Shown: positions 18,601 to 26,247 of the stretch, one piece after another
How the letters are laid out: every line of letters starts with the position of its first letter
Position numbering within the stretch: the stretch's first letter is position 1
The notes under the pieces: generated by a model
Database searches by the model: none
What the model saw: only the letters and a program-made list of their open reading frames with translations
What the model was told of the DNA's origin: nothing
Made by a program: the position numbers and the translations under genes
Source of the DNA: a virus
Lineage: Duplodnaviria > Caudoviricetes
Virus record (IMG/VR): IMGVR_UViG_3300037797_000018
Span: 1-35,578 of that record
Length of the DNA: 35,578 nt
Reading direction: 5' to 3' (one strand)

Positions 18601-19378
18601 GGGCTCGCTGGCGACGAATCCGACCGGCGACCCGGAGGAGATACTGAGGCGGATGCGCACGGTGCTCTCCGGGCCGATCGCGTCCCTCGGGCTCGACTGG
18701 CTCGTGTTCGGAGAGAGCTTCGAGAGGGAGCCGCTCGATTTCGATTCGCGTGCCGGGCAGATGGATCTCCTTCAGCGCGTGGTGCCGTTCGCTGCGCCTG
18801 AACTCGTGGAGTCGGCGGTAGTAACGAAGCAGGCGGCAGAAGGAGGCTCCGTTGGCGGGGCCGTGAGCGAGGCGGTGGGTGGCACGCTGGAGGGGTTCGT
18901 CGGTGGGCGCGGGTCGGCCCTGACCCCGCGGGAGCGCGTGCTGCGTGGAGAGTTCGAGGAACTCACGCCCGAGAAGCGATTCGAGGCCATCGCTGCTGAG
19001 TCGTGGCGGATCATGGGGGACCAGGAATCGCTCAAGGGGATGATGGGCGACGCCGAGAACGTGTTTCAGTGGCGCCAGCAGACCGAGAAGGACTTGCGCG
19101 AGCAACTCACGAATTCGGGGCTACAGGCTGGTGAGGTACAGGCTCAGATCGATAGCGCGGTCGTTTCACACCCGCTCTACCGGGCGTATCTCGACTTGCG
19201 TACGGCACTGCGGACGCAGTGGGTAATCTCCCACCCGGCCGAAGCCGTGAAGAAGTGGAACGCCGACGCGAGCAAGGCGTGGGATGACTCGTCGAAGTGG
19301 AGCCCGACGAAGGAACAGCGTGAGATTATGACCGGGTGGATGCGGGCGACCGGCGCCCCGGCAGAAGCCGCGCCGTGA
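15626..19378 (+). CDS. large internal virion (DNA ejection) protein
   Basis: 1250-aa Ala/Arg/Gly-rich helical, Cys-free ORF; ADPLNFVPG motif is typical of podovirus ejection proteins. Confidence 0.65.
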   Translation: MVMSEPRSWYERRQADQRKRYPELDLADPVMVSSVDARRISRGELPSQMTQDTTRIAADIARAKGGDTSGNGFLSNLWPGARNVAGALLGPQVEQTGRLLEHLGRPAGAATAALAGRTPGESARGLVEGFRDPVEGVQRGRDAGFVRHLSDDPAETLRRGAGATPLAAVAARLGFSPRDIGGAAVPAVADPLNFVPGLGPTKQIVQGSRRANRAVAATGRAGDRLRKAAPFGGLDEAGDAVADARFTRQLEPDAPAPYEAPPTVRRLYGSRDIEEGAVRGRGERLAESGRFRADDPIVTPALRVRDESRQAVTNQATRVEAQARTAIKRSGFKFEGPPDAQRIPALAGIDPSVPGAPTLRDVMARRPVYEPHLTPQQRQSLDALGESLTPYRQGLDEVAEAEAALTGKPSTIKIGSRADVMEGGVYIPRGTAETEELADIAARRVGGGGRRAGGKQGFEKSATFASEAEGIEAGYRYTPVSEAMGGYVRGAGNRTLDRHTANYFISRVDDAGKRIAETRADRVDPGLRADVEALRTRISGRQATFGRRVTRQQAQERAAVEAERTAEGVEGIRDKRGAAFDDRTGLSTDEAIRAAERELDSLERAARQTESAADVSRGRAERTAMGAVDTNEELARFRAELDELSPRWRRAQEQAASTPRDQGTIPLAGLEAYSFPWEMADEATRILRSEIRGAAGDISGPLRAINSIARGVQATGEMSYLGIQMAIGMFSDPAGWARAGKAATRAWLNSGDEVMGSFVANFDQRAVNAGRPSSERWAASGLRLAESGTEFRVGGRKVPTKVQGVAESRAGRAATFVPRQLVKRADRGFGVAGDTMRLELADTLAEEALAKGRRLTDTELRTLAESANRVTGWTPQRAFGSWGEAANFAPRYLAARARAAGQLASTDPRKRQIARRLVGRYMAIGATMTIAINELSGEETDFRPFSGSKGPTFNPLDAEYKNPNFMRVINKLGRDWSLLGPMDALFGVVVGAGSLATNPTGDPEEILRRMRTVLSGPIASLGLDWLVFGESFEREPLDFDSRAGQMDLLQRVVPFAAPELVESAVVTKQAAEGGSVGGAVSEAVGGTLEGFVGGRGSALTPRERVLRGEFEELTPEKRFEAIAAESWRIMGDQESLKGMMGDAENVFQWRQQTEKDLREQLTNSGLQAGEVQAQIDSAVVSHPLYRAYLDLRTALRTQWVISHPAEAVKKWNADASKAWDDSSKWSPTKEQREIMTGWMRATGAPAEAAP

Positions 19379-19379
19379 G

Positions 19380-19589
19380 TTACTGGCCGTCTACGCAGGA
19401 CTCGAACATGGCTGTATACATCTCGCGGAGCTCGGGATCGTGTTCAGCTCTGGTGTGGAGCGACGCTAGCTCGCGGCGGCACACGTTTTCGGCGGTGAGC
19501 GGTCCGCCGTATTCGAATCGTGCCCACACGGCGAGCACTGCGATCGCCACGAACACGATGATGAAGGCGCGGCCGTCGGTCAGTCTCAT
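19380..19589 (-). CDS. small membrane-anchored or secreted protein
   Basis: N-terminal hydrophobic helix and two Cys; GAGGTGGAG RBS on the minus strand; fills the gap exactly. Confidence 0.6.
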   Translation of the reverse strand: MRLTDGRAFIIVFVAIAVLAVWARFEYGGPLTAENVCRRELASLHTRAEHDPELREMYTAMFESCVDGQ

Positions 19590-19613
19590 GTCTCCACCTC
19601 AGGGGCAAAGCAT

Positions 19614-19766
19614 ATGACGGCGGTCGTGTCGGTGTTACCCCGTGAGATCGAGGAGCGCATCGCCGACTTCCTCGTTGCCGGCAAGACGGGCTCCGTCGAG
19701 TTGCACATCAACGGCGGCAGCATCGAGTCGTGGAAGATCATCGAGTCGGGCCGCGTGCGCCGATAG
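19614..19766 (+). CDS. 50-aa DUF2292/YezD-like micro-protein (not in ORF track)
   Basis: MTAVVSVLPREIEERIADFLVAGKTGSVELHINGGSIESWKIIESGRVRR: a helix, then GSVELHINGGSI beta-hairpin and a terminal E-x-x-R. Confidence 0.65.
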   Translation: MTAVVSVLPREIEERIADFLVAGKTGSVELHINGGSIESWKIIESGRVRR

Positions 19767-19797
19767 GTTGCTATGGGCGACGCGCGCGCATTAGAGT
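19767..19797 (+). promoter_or_regulatory. putative head-gene promoter overlapped by a palindromic operator
   Basis: TTGCTA (19768-19773), 18 nt, TAGAGT (19792-19797); GTTGC-tatgg-GCGAC at 19767-19781. Confidence 0.55.
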
Positions 19798-19828
19798 GAG
19801 CATCATCTAGGAACCGGGCCACCCGTAT

Positions 19829-19885
19829 AGCGGAGCCCCTTCGTGATCGTCATTCGTGACGGTCGCGCGGGGGCTCCGCTTTTTT
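19829..19885 (+). terminator. long intrinsic terminator/attenuator in the scaffold-gene leader
   Basis: 11-bp AGCGGAGCCCC/GGGGCTCCGCT stem plus an 11-bp upper stem with two G-U pairs, TTCG loop, then a T6 tract. Confidence 0.85.
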
Positions 19886-19915
19886 GTTGCCCGGAATCAA
19901 GAGGAGAGAACGTAG

Positions 19916-20794
19916 ATGGTGCAGGCGCAAGCCGCGGCTGATCCTGCTGCTGCCGCCCCGACAGCCGATCCCATCGTCACGACTGATGCCGATCCTTCCG
20001 AGGGTCAGGCGGTAGTCGAGGCAGAGGGTCAGGCGGGCGCAGTAGTCGAGGGTGCGGTCGAGGAGGCTCCGAAACCGCTTTCGCTCGCCGATGTTCCTGA
20101 GGCTGATTTGCTCGCGCACTTGCGGGAACGCAAGAACGCGGACGGACTCAGCGTCGAGGACCGGCTGCGAAAGAGCGAGCGTGACCGCTACGAGGCGTCA
20201 CGGCGTCTTGAAGCGGGCAAGGTCGAGAGCGTCACGAGGCGTACGCAGCGTTTCCTCGAAAGGCACGGGGTCGACCCGTCCGAGGCAACGCCGGAGGAGC
20301 TGGGGGAGCTGAACGCTCTCTCGCACTACGCGAACCTCGACGCGCTCGGCAACATCGGCAAGGCATGGGCTCAGGCGACCGCCGAGGAGTTCGGCGCGCA
20401 GGATTCCGTGCTCTTGCAGGAAGCACTGGCACGCTACGCGGACGACCCCACGGGCATCGACGATCTCGCGTCGAAGACGTGGATCGCTGCGCGTGATGCC
20501 GTGCGGACGCGAACGCTCGCCGAAGCGTCTCTCTCCGACGTGCCCGAGGGATCGAAGTTGCGCGCGGACATCAACGCCGAAGCGCAGCGGCTGGCGGATG
20601 TCGAACTCCAGGCACGCGAACTCGCGGCCCGGCAGAAGGACTCGCCGCCATCGGCTCCCGTGGGTGCGCCGAGCGCATCCCAAGAAGAACGCTACCGCTC
20701 CATGAACGCAGGCGAAGTCTCGCTGCTGCCACCCGCCGAATACGAGGCGTGGATGACGTGGCGTGCTGCGCAGCCTTCGGGGGCGCGCCGCTAA
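19916..20794 (+). CDS. capsid scaffolding protein
   Basis: Acidic disordered N-terminus, helical body, Pro/Ser linker and short C-terminal helix; directly upstream of the MCP; GAGGAG RBS. Confidence 0.75.
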   Translation: MVQAQAAADPAAAAPTADPIVTTDADPSEGQAVVEAEGQAGAVVEGAVEEAPKPLSLADVPEADLLAHLRERKNADGLSVEDRLRKSERDRYEASRRLEAGKVESVTRRTQRFLERHGVDPSEATPEELGELNALSHYANLDALGNIGKAWAQATAEEFGAQDSVLLQEALARYADDPTGIDDLASKTWIAARDAVRTRTLAEASLSDVPEGSKLRADINAEAQRLADVELQARELAARQKDSPPSAPVGAPSASQEERYRSMNAGEVSLLPPAEYEAWMTWRAAQPSGARR

Positions 20795-20803
20795 GGGACT
20801 GAC

Positions 20804-21718
20804 ATGACCATTTCCGACAGCGTCGGGAGTGCAGCGGGCATTCCGACGATCTGGCATCCCGCACTGCTGAGGCAGATGCGAACCCCGCTCGTGTTCCTCG
20901 GGCTCACCACGCGTGAGTACGAGGGCGACATCACGCAGGCAGGCGACACGGTACGCATCGTCACGACCACGGCCGTGACTCGTGCTGCCTACGTACGTGG
21001 AACCCCGATCACGGCTGAACGGCTGGTGCTCGCGGGGCAGGAGCTCGTGATCGACAAGCAGTACGGATTCAACTTCGAGGTGAACGACCTCGACATGCGG
21101 CAGGTCAAGCCGAACTTCGTGGAGGAGCAGTCCTCGGTCGCGACGTACACGCTCCGCAAGGGCCGCGACTCGGACATCGCGCTGGCGATGCAGGCGGGCG
21201 CCGGGACGGACCTCGGAGACTTCTCCGTGGGTACGGGCGCAGGCGACGCGGATGCGTTCGAGATTCTCGCGCGCATGGCGACGGAACTCGACGAGAACGA
21301 CACCCCGGACAACGGCGCGATGCCGAGCATGGACGCCGAGGGCGGGCCTGACGGCGGGTTCCGCTTCGTCGTGGTGCCGCCGTTCTTCGCCGAGATGCTG
21401 GTCATCGACCCGCGCAAGTCCTCGTTCGGCACGACCGACAACCTCAAGACCTACGGCGAGCGGTACATCGGCCGTTCCGCTGCGGGGCTCGAGATCTTCA
21501 AGTCCAACCAACTCCCGGCGGGCATCGCGAACTCGTCCACGCACACGGACATCATCGGGGGTTGGTCACGGGCGACGGCGTTTGCCGGCCAGTTGACGCA
21601 GTTCGAGACGCAGCGGGTACAGGGCGACTTCGCCGACTTCCACCTGGGGCTCGACGTGTACGGCACGAAGGTGATCCGCGCTGCGCAGATCGTTCGTGCA
21701 GAAGTCGTGAGGGCTTAA
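20804..21718 (+). CDS. major capsid protein (P22 coat-like, HK97 fold)
   Basis: IPTIW, REYEGDITQAGDTVRI, LVIDKQYGFNFEVNDLD, RFVVVPP, IGRSAAGLEIFKSN, GLDVYGTKVIR. Confidence 0.92.
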   Translation: MTISDSVGSAAGIPTIWHPALLRQMRTPLVFLGLTTREYEGDITQAGDTVRIVTTTAVTRAAYVRGTPITAERLVLAGQELVIDKQYGFNFEVNDLDMRQVKPNFVEEQSSVATYTLRKGRDSDIALAMQAGAGTDLGDFSVGTGAGDADAFEILARMATELDENDTPDNGAMPSMDAEGGPDGGFRFVVVPPFFAEMLVIDPRKSSFGTTDNLKTYGERYIGRSAAGLEIFKSNQLPAGIANSSTHTDIIGGWSRATAFAGQLTQFETQRVQGDFADFHLGLDVYGTKVIRAAQIVRAEVVRA

Positions 21719-22093
21719 GTGGTTGACGTTGCGGTCGGAATCACTCCATTCGTTGCCGGGACGATCTCGATCGACCTGATCACGGCAGCGGCCAATCTCG
21801 AATCTGTGCAGGCCACCGAGTGGGCGGTCATCGACGCGGACGGCGACACGTCGGACCTCGTGATCTCGGCGTACTCGGCGGGTGCGTTCACGCTCACGCT
21901 GGTCGGCGGCGTGAACCCGCCTTCGATGATGGCGCTCCAGGGCAGCGGATCGGCTCAGTCGGGAGGTGCAGGTGACGTGTGCCTGCTCACCATCCCGGGG
22001 GGTCGGTACGTGCAGGCCAACGGCACGGTGCGAGTCCTCGTGGGGACGAACACCTGCGTCATCGGGGCGTTCCGCGCCGCGAGGGAGCAGTAG
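21719..22093 (+). CDS. putative capsid decoration/cement protein
   Basis: Beta-rich 124-aa ORF immediately after the MCP; GRYVQANGTV motif. Confidence 0.6.
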   Translation: MVDVAVGITPFVAGTISIDLITAAANLESVQATEWAVIDADGDTSDLVISAYSAGAFTLTLVGGVNPPSMMALQGSGSAQSGGAGDVCLLTIPGGRYVQANGTVRVLVGTNTCVIGAFRAAREQ

Positions 22094-22102
22094 GAGGGCA
22101 GC

Positions 22103-22600
22103 ATGGTTGACACCGTAATCCCTCTCTCAACTCCCGTCGGCAACGGGGAAATGCTCGTCTCCAACGCTCTCCGTGGAGCGTTCGGGCTTGGTGTTCAGGT
22201 TGACCGTGCTACCGAGCACATGGGCGACAAGGACATCTTCTCGGTGGACGGCGGGCGGGTTCTGCTTACGGGCATCCTCGGGATTGTCACGACCGCGATC
22301 GGTGGTGGCTCCGAGGACATCGAACTGGACTTCGACCCGGACAACTCCGAGTCCACGATTGCTCTGTGCACTGTCACCCTGATCGACGGCGATCCGGTGG
22401 GCACCATGTACACGCTGGCCGCAGCGGTCGGCTCTGCGCTCACGATTGGGACGCAGACCATCGCCATCGGGCCGGTGCCCGGGTGGGTACTGGAAGCGGG
22501 CGACATCGTGCTCGACGAGACGGGGACAGAGCTCGGGTCCATCCAGTGGACCGTCTGGTACATCCCGCTCGACGAGGGCGCGACGGTCACGGCGGTCTAA
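22103..22600 (+). CDS. putative virion structural (decoration) protein
   Basis: Beta-rich acidic ORF ending WTVWYIPLDEGATV; AGGAGG RBS. Confidence 0.65.
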   Translation: MVDTVIPLSTPVGNGEMLVSNALRGAFGLGVQVDRATEHMGDKDIFSVDGGRVLLTGILGIVTTAIGGGSEDIELDFDPDNSESTIALCTVTLIDGDPVGTMYTLAAAVGSALTIGTQTIAIGPVPGWVLEAGDIVLDETGTELGSIQWTVWYIPLDEGATVTAV

Positions 22601-22610
22601 GGAGGTCACG

Positions 22611-22892
22611 ATGCCGCTGATCTATCTGACGAGAGACATCGTGCACAACGGGTTCCCGTACACCGGGGATACCACGTGGCGGGTGTCGGACGAAGACGCC
22701 GCTGCGTTCGAGGAACTCGGCGTGGTCGGCGAAGCGCCGGCAGACGAAGCGACTCCTGCGGCACCGGCAACGGGAGCGCCCAACCATTCGGCGCTCAAGG
22801 CCGAGTGGGTGGACTACGCGGTGTCTCAGGGCATGCCGCGATTCGTTGCCGATGAAAAGACGAAGGACGAGCTGATCGCGCAGTTCGGCTAA
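22611..22892 (+). CDS. small head-associated protein
   Basis: C-terminal PNHSALKAEWVDYAV..G....ADEKTKDELI motif, as I recall from small post-capsid proteins of actinophages; AAGGAGG RBS. Confidence 0.65.
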   Translation: MPLIYLTRDIVHNGFPYTGDTTWRVSDEDAAAFEELGVVGEAPADEATPAAPATGAPNHSALKAEWVDYAVSQGMPRFVADEKTKDELIAQFG

Positions 22893-22897
22893 CACCG

Positions 22898-22933
22898 GGG
22901 GAGCGGGGCTTGTCCCCTCCGGCTCCGCTCCCC
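22898..22933 (+). terminator. GC-rich hairpin after the head genes
   Basis: GGGGAGCGGGGC/GCTCCGCTCCCC 12-bp stem with one G-U pair; weak pyrimidine tail. Confidence 0.55.
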
Positions 22934-22975
22934 TTCCTCCGCCAAAGACCGCGCAACCATTAAGGGGGCGGCACC

Positions 22976-23383
22976 ATCGCAACCACTACCGAATTCATCG
23001 AAGTTCAGAACACAACCCGCGTGCTCTCTGGCATTGCGACGGTTGACGACGAGGAAGCGTCCACACTCGACATCCCCTGTGGGGGGCGCGCGGTCGTCAG
23101 GATCGGCGTTCCCACGATCGACTCATCGACGCTCACGTTCACCGTGCAGGCGTACCCCGGCGCGGCGTTTCGCACGCTCAAGAACGAGCAGGGCGGCACG
23201 CTGACCGTGCCCGCATCCACGGGGGCGATGTCGCTCCAGATCGCGGCACTCTCAGGCTGCTACGCCTTCCGCATCGTCTGTGGCACTACGCAGACAACCG
23301 CGGCGGTCGCGTTCGAAGTGCAGTGCGTGGGCGAGTCGCCCATCCCTGTAGCATCGTTCGTCACCACGGATGAGATCGCCTGA
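22976..23383 (+). CDS. putative virion structural protein (start ATC 22976 or GTG 23021)
   Basis: Beta-rich ORF; the only RBS-like sequence (AAGGGGG) precedes the in-frame ATC. Confidence 0.6.
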   Translation: MATTTEFIEVQNTTRVLSGIATVDDEEASTLDIPCGGRAVVRIGVPTIDSSTLTFTVQAYPGAAFRTLKNEQGGTLTVPASTGAMSLQIAALSGCYAFRIVCGTTQTTAAVAFEVQCVGESPIPVASFVTTDEIA

Positions 23384-24678
23384 TGACCGACCGGGCAACA
23401 CTGATCAAGGACGTGGCGCGCAAGATGGGCGCGCAGCTCGGGGAGATCGGGACGAACACGCAGACGACGGCTGTCCTGTCGGGGCTGATCGACACGACGG
23501 GCGACGACTCGGCGTACACGAACGCGCGGCTGATCTTCCCCGACGCGCCCGACGAAGAGTCGAAGCAGCGGCTGATCACGGGCTGGGTGGACCTCACGGG
23601 AGTCGCGACGTTCGTCACCCGTACGGCGTTTGAGGATGACGAGACGTACATCCTCGTGAACCGCGCGGACTACACGCTCGCGGAGTTTCGCGAGGCGCTG
23701 GCCGAGGCGCTGGCGAAGTCCAAGCGATCGTATCGGTACGTCATCCCCGCGATCCCCGGCGAGCGGTTCTACAACCTCCGCGCTCTCGACTGGATCAACG
23801 GCGCTGGTGACGTGGACGCGGTGTACGTGTCGTCGAGTCCGAACCTGCTGCACAACGAGGATTATTCGCTGTGGCAGGAAGGCCCTGACGCGGCCCCTGA
23901 CGGCTACACGCTCGCAGGGACTGACGCGACGGTTGCACGCTCCACGACGACGCAGCGAGGCGGCTACGCAGCCACGGTGACGCGGGTGGGGAATGACGCC
24001 ACCCTGTACCAGACGGTGCCCTCAGCCCTCACTCAGTACCTCACACGCGGGGTCCAGCGACTCGGTACAGCCCGCGCGGGCGAGTGGGTCACGGCGACGG
24101 TCGCGAGCCGCGCACGCATCGGGATTTACGACGGCGCGACGACGACCTGGGGTGACTACCACTCAGGCTCAGGTGTCCCCGAATGGCTCACCGCATCGGT
24201 CCAGTTGACCTCCGCGATAACGGAACTCCGCACGGTGGCGAGCGTGGACACAGGGGACACGGCGGCGACCTTCTCGGGCGCGGTGCTCGTGGTGCAGGAC
24301 GACGCCATCGGGGACGCGCTCAAGAACTACGGCTCCGGCGCGTTCAGGGAGCAGCGCGTGCCGAAGGTGGTCCGCAACGTCGGCGGGGCGCCCACGGTGG
24401 AACTCCAGACCGCGACGAGCGGGCAGGTGCTGATCTACTGCCGGCGCAAGTTCGCGCAGGTGACGACCGACACGGAGAGCATCGACGACCAGTACGCGCG
24501 GGTGCTGGAGGCGGGGCTGGCGGTGCATCTGCTCGGGAACATCAAGGCGGGCGTGGACCGCACGCGCTACGACCGGGTGCTGGAGGAGGAGACGCCGATC
24601 TGGACGCGGTTCCTCGCGACGTTGAGTGACCTCCCCGTGCCTGCGCCGCTGACGCGCGTTGAAGTACGGAGCGCGTAA
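23383..24678 (+). CDS. putative head-tail adaptor/tail tubular protein with inserted carbohydrate-binding-like domain
   Basis: Helical N- and C-terminal segments flank a beta-rich block starting NLLHNEDYSLWQEGPDAAPDGY. Confidence 0.55.
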   Translation: MTDRATLIKDVARKMGAQLGEIGTNTQTTAVLSGLIDTTGDDSAYTNARLIFPDAPDEESKQRLITGWVDLTGVATFVTRTAFEDDETYILVNRADYTLAEFREALAEALAKSKRSYRYVIPAIPGERFYNLRALDWINGAGDVDAVYVSSSPNLLHNEDYSLWQEGPDAAPDGYTLAGTDATVARSTTTQRGGYAATVTRVGNDATLYQTVPSALTQYLTRGVQRLGTARAGEWVTATVASRARIGIYDGATTTWGDYHSGSGVPEWLTASVQLTSAITELRTVASVDTGDTAATFSGAVLVVQDDAIGDALKNYGSGAFREQRVPKVVRNVGGAPTVELQTATSGQVLIYCRRKFAQVTTDTESIDDQYARVLEAGLAVHLLGNIKAGVDRTRYDRVLEEETPIWTRFLATLSDLPVPAPLTRVEVRSA

Positions 24679-25628
24679 TGGCCATCACATGGGAAGCGGT
24701 GCCCGCGCTCGAGACCGTCTCGCATATCGATCTCGAACAGGCGGCGAACCAGAACCTCTACGCGGTGGTCTCTGGCTGCACCGTCACGGAGTCCGCCTCA
24801 GACATGGTGGTCACGGTGGCGGCGGGTGTCGCGCTGGTGAACGGCGTGCAGGTCACGGTCGCGGGCGACACGATCACGCTGGTTGCCGACGCGACGAACA
24901 AGCGATGGTCCTACGCGACGATCGACTCGTCTGGTGACGTGATCCTTGTGTCGGGGACGCCTGCCGCGAGTGCTCTCGTTGAGCCGACGAAGCCCGATCC
25001 TGCGGGCAAGACGATCCTCAAGATGTACAAGATCGAGGCCGCGCAGACGATCGCGGCGGACATCGCGGTCGCGCCCGAGAAGCGGATCATCGTCCCCGCT
25101 GCGCCAGACATTCCGACCATTGTTCTCAACTACAAGTCATCGACGCAGGTGTTCACGACCGATACCACGTTCGCCGACGTGACTGGAGCTAAGGCTGCGA
25201 CGTTCGCGTTCGCGATTGCGCCCAACGAAGTGTGGGACGTCGATTACTGGATTCCGCTTGCGTTCGGCGGCACAGGCGGTGTGAAGTTCCAACTGACGGG
25301 GCCGGGTACGCCAACGGACGTGAATATCACAGGGGTGCGCTCAGTCAGCCAACGGGAAACCGGCCCCGGCGCATCCAGCGTGTTCATGCTCCCGTTCGCC
25401 GCCATCACGGCCTTCTCGACCGATGTCGCCGCGGGTGATTCCGCCGCATCCAGCTCGCAGACTGTCGACAAATATCCGAACGACATTCCTGCGCTGGCTC
25501 ACATCAAGGCGCGGATCATCAACGGTGCGAACGCCGGGGCGGTGACGCTGCAAGCCGCGCAGAACTCGTCGAACAGCACGACCACGCTCGGCATCGGGTC
25601 CACCATGCGCGCCGAGAAGGTGGGGTAG
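24678..25628 (+). CDS. putative tail fiber/spike protein
   Basis: VVSGCTVT..ASDMVVTVAAGVALVNG...ADATNKR N-terminal module; C-terminal INGANAGAVTLQAAQNSSN...GS module. Confidence 0.65.
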   Translation: MAITWEAVPALETVSHIDLEQAANQNLYAVVSGCTVTESASDMVVTVAAGVALVNGVQVTVAGDTITLVADATNKRWSYATIDSSGDVILVSGTPAASALVEPTKPDPAGKTILKMYKIEAAQTIAADIAVAPEKRIIVPAAPDIPTIVLNYKSSTQVFTTDTTFADVTGAKAATFAFAIAPNEVWDVDYWIPLAFGGTGGVKFQLTGPGTPTDVNITGVRSVSQRETGPGASSVFMLPFAAITAFSTDVAAGDSAASSSQTVDKYPNDIPALAHIKARIINGANAGAVTLQAAQNSSNSTTTLGIGSTMRAEKVG

Positions 25629-25630
25629 CG

Positions 25631-25984
25631 ATGTTCAGGGCATACAGGGTGATCGCGACAGGGCAGTGGGCCGGCCCGCTGCTGGAAGATGCGGGATTCC
25701 CCGACGACGGACTGGAACGAGCCGATCGCGTGGCTGAGACGCTCGGGCTCCAGCCGGGGGCGCTGGAGGTGGTGGACTCGGAGACGGACCCGCGTACCGG
25801 CGAGCTGCTGGAAGACCCGAACGTCCCGCCTCCACCGGGGCCGCCTGACCCCAACCCCGACGAGGAACTGAGGCGCGCACTGGAGGCGGCACGCGCTGGA
25901 TCAATGGGCGATCTCATCGACGTGTTGCAGGGCATCAACGGACTGGCTGCCGCGAAGGGGCGGCTCGCGGAAGGTGGGCGATGA
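25631..25984 (+). CDS. hypothetical tail-associated protein
   Basis: Follows the fiber gene; Pro-rich linker then a helix, resembling a fiber chaperone. Confidence 0.55.
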   Translation: MFRAYRVIATGQWAGPLLEDAGFPDDGLERADRVAETLGLQPGALEVVDSETDPRTGELLEDPNVPPPPGPPDPNPDEELRRALEAARAGSMGDLIDVLQGINGLAAAKGRLAEGGR

Positions 25985-26244
25985 TGGCAACGGTCGCGAT
26001 CGATGCTGAACTCCGCATCCGGGCCGTGACGATCACGTTCACGCCAGCGGGTACCTTCGACAAGGCGATCCTGATCGCCGATCTCGTGGATGACACGGGG
26101 AACGTGATCGGCTCACCGAAGGCGAAGGCGTACACGGCAGCGGAAGCGGGGGCGCTCGGCGTCACAGGGGCGCAGGCCAACGCGTTCAAGGCCGCGACGA
26201 TCATCCTCAAGGACGACTACCAGATCACGGTGCTCGGGGCATAG
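25981..26244 (+). CDS. hypothetical protein
   Basis: Coupled 87-aa ORF in the tail cluster. Confidence 0.65.
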   Translation: MMATVAIDAELRIRAVTITFTPAGTFDKAILIADLVDDTGNVIGSPKAKAYTAAEAGALGVTGAQANAFKAATIILKDDYQITVLGA

Positions 26245-26247
26245 CCC

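Noticed and set aside
15626-19378. Tape measure protein interpretation of the 1250-aa ORF
   Set aside because: No adjacent tail tube or tail-assembly chaperone pair, it lies upstream of the capsid gene, and the rest of the module is podovirus-like
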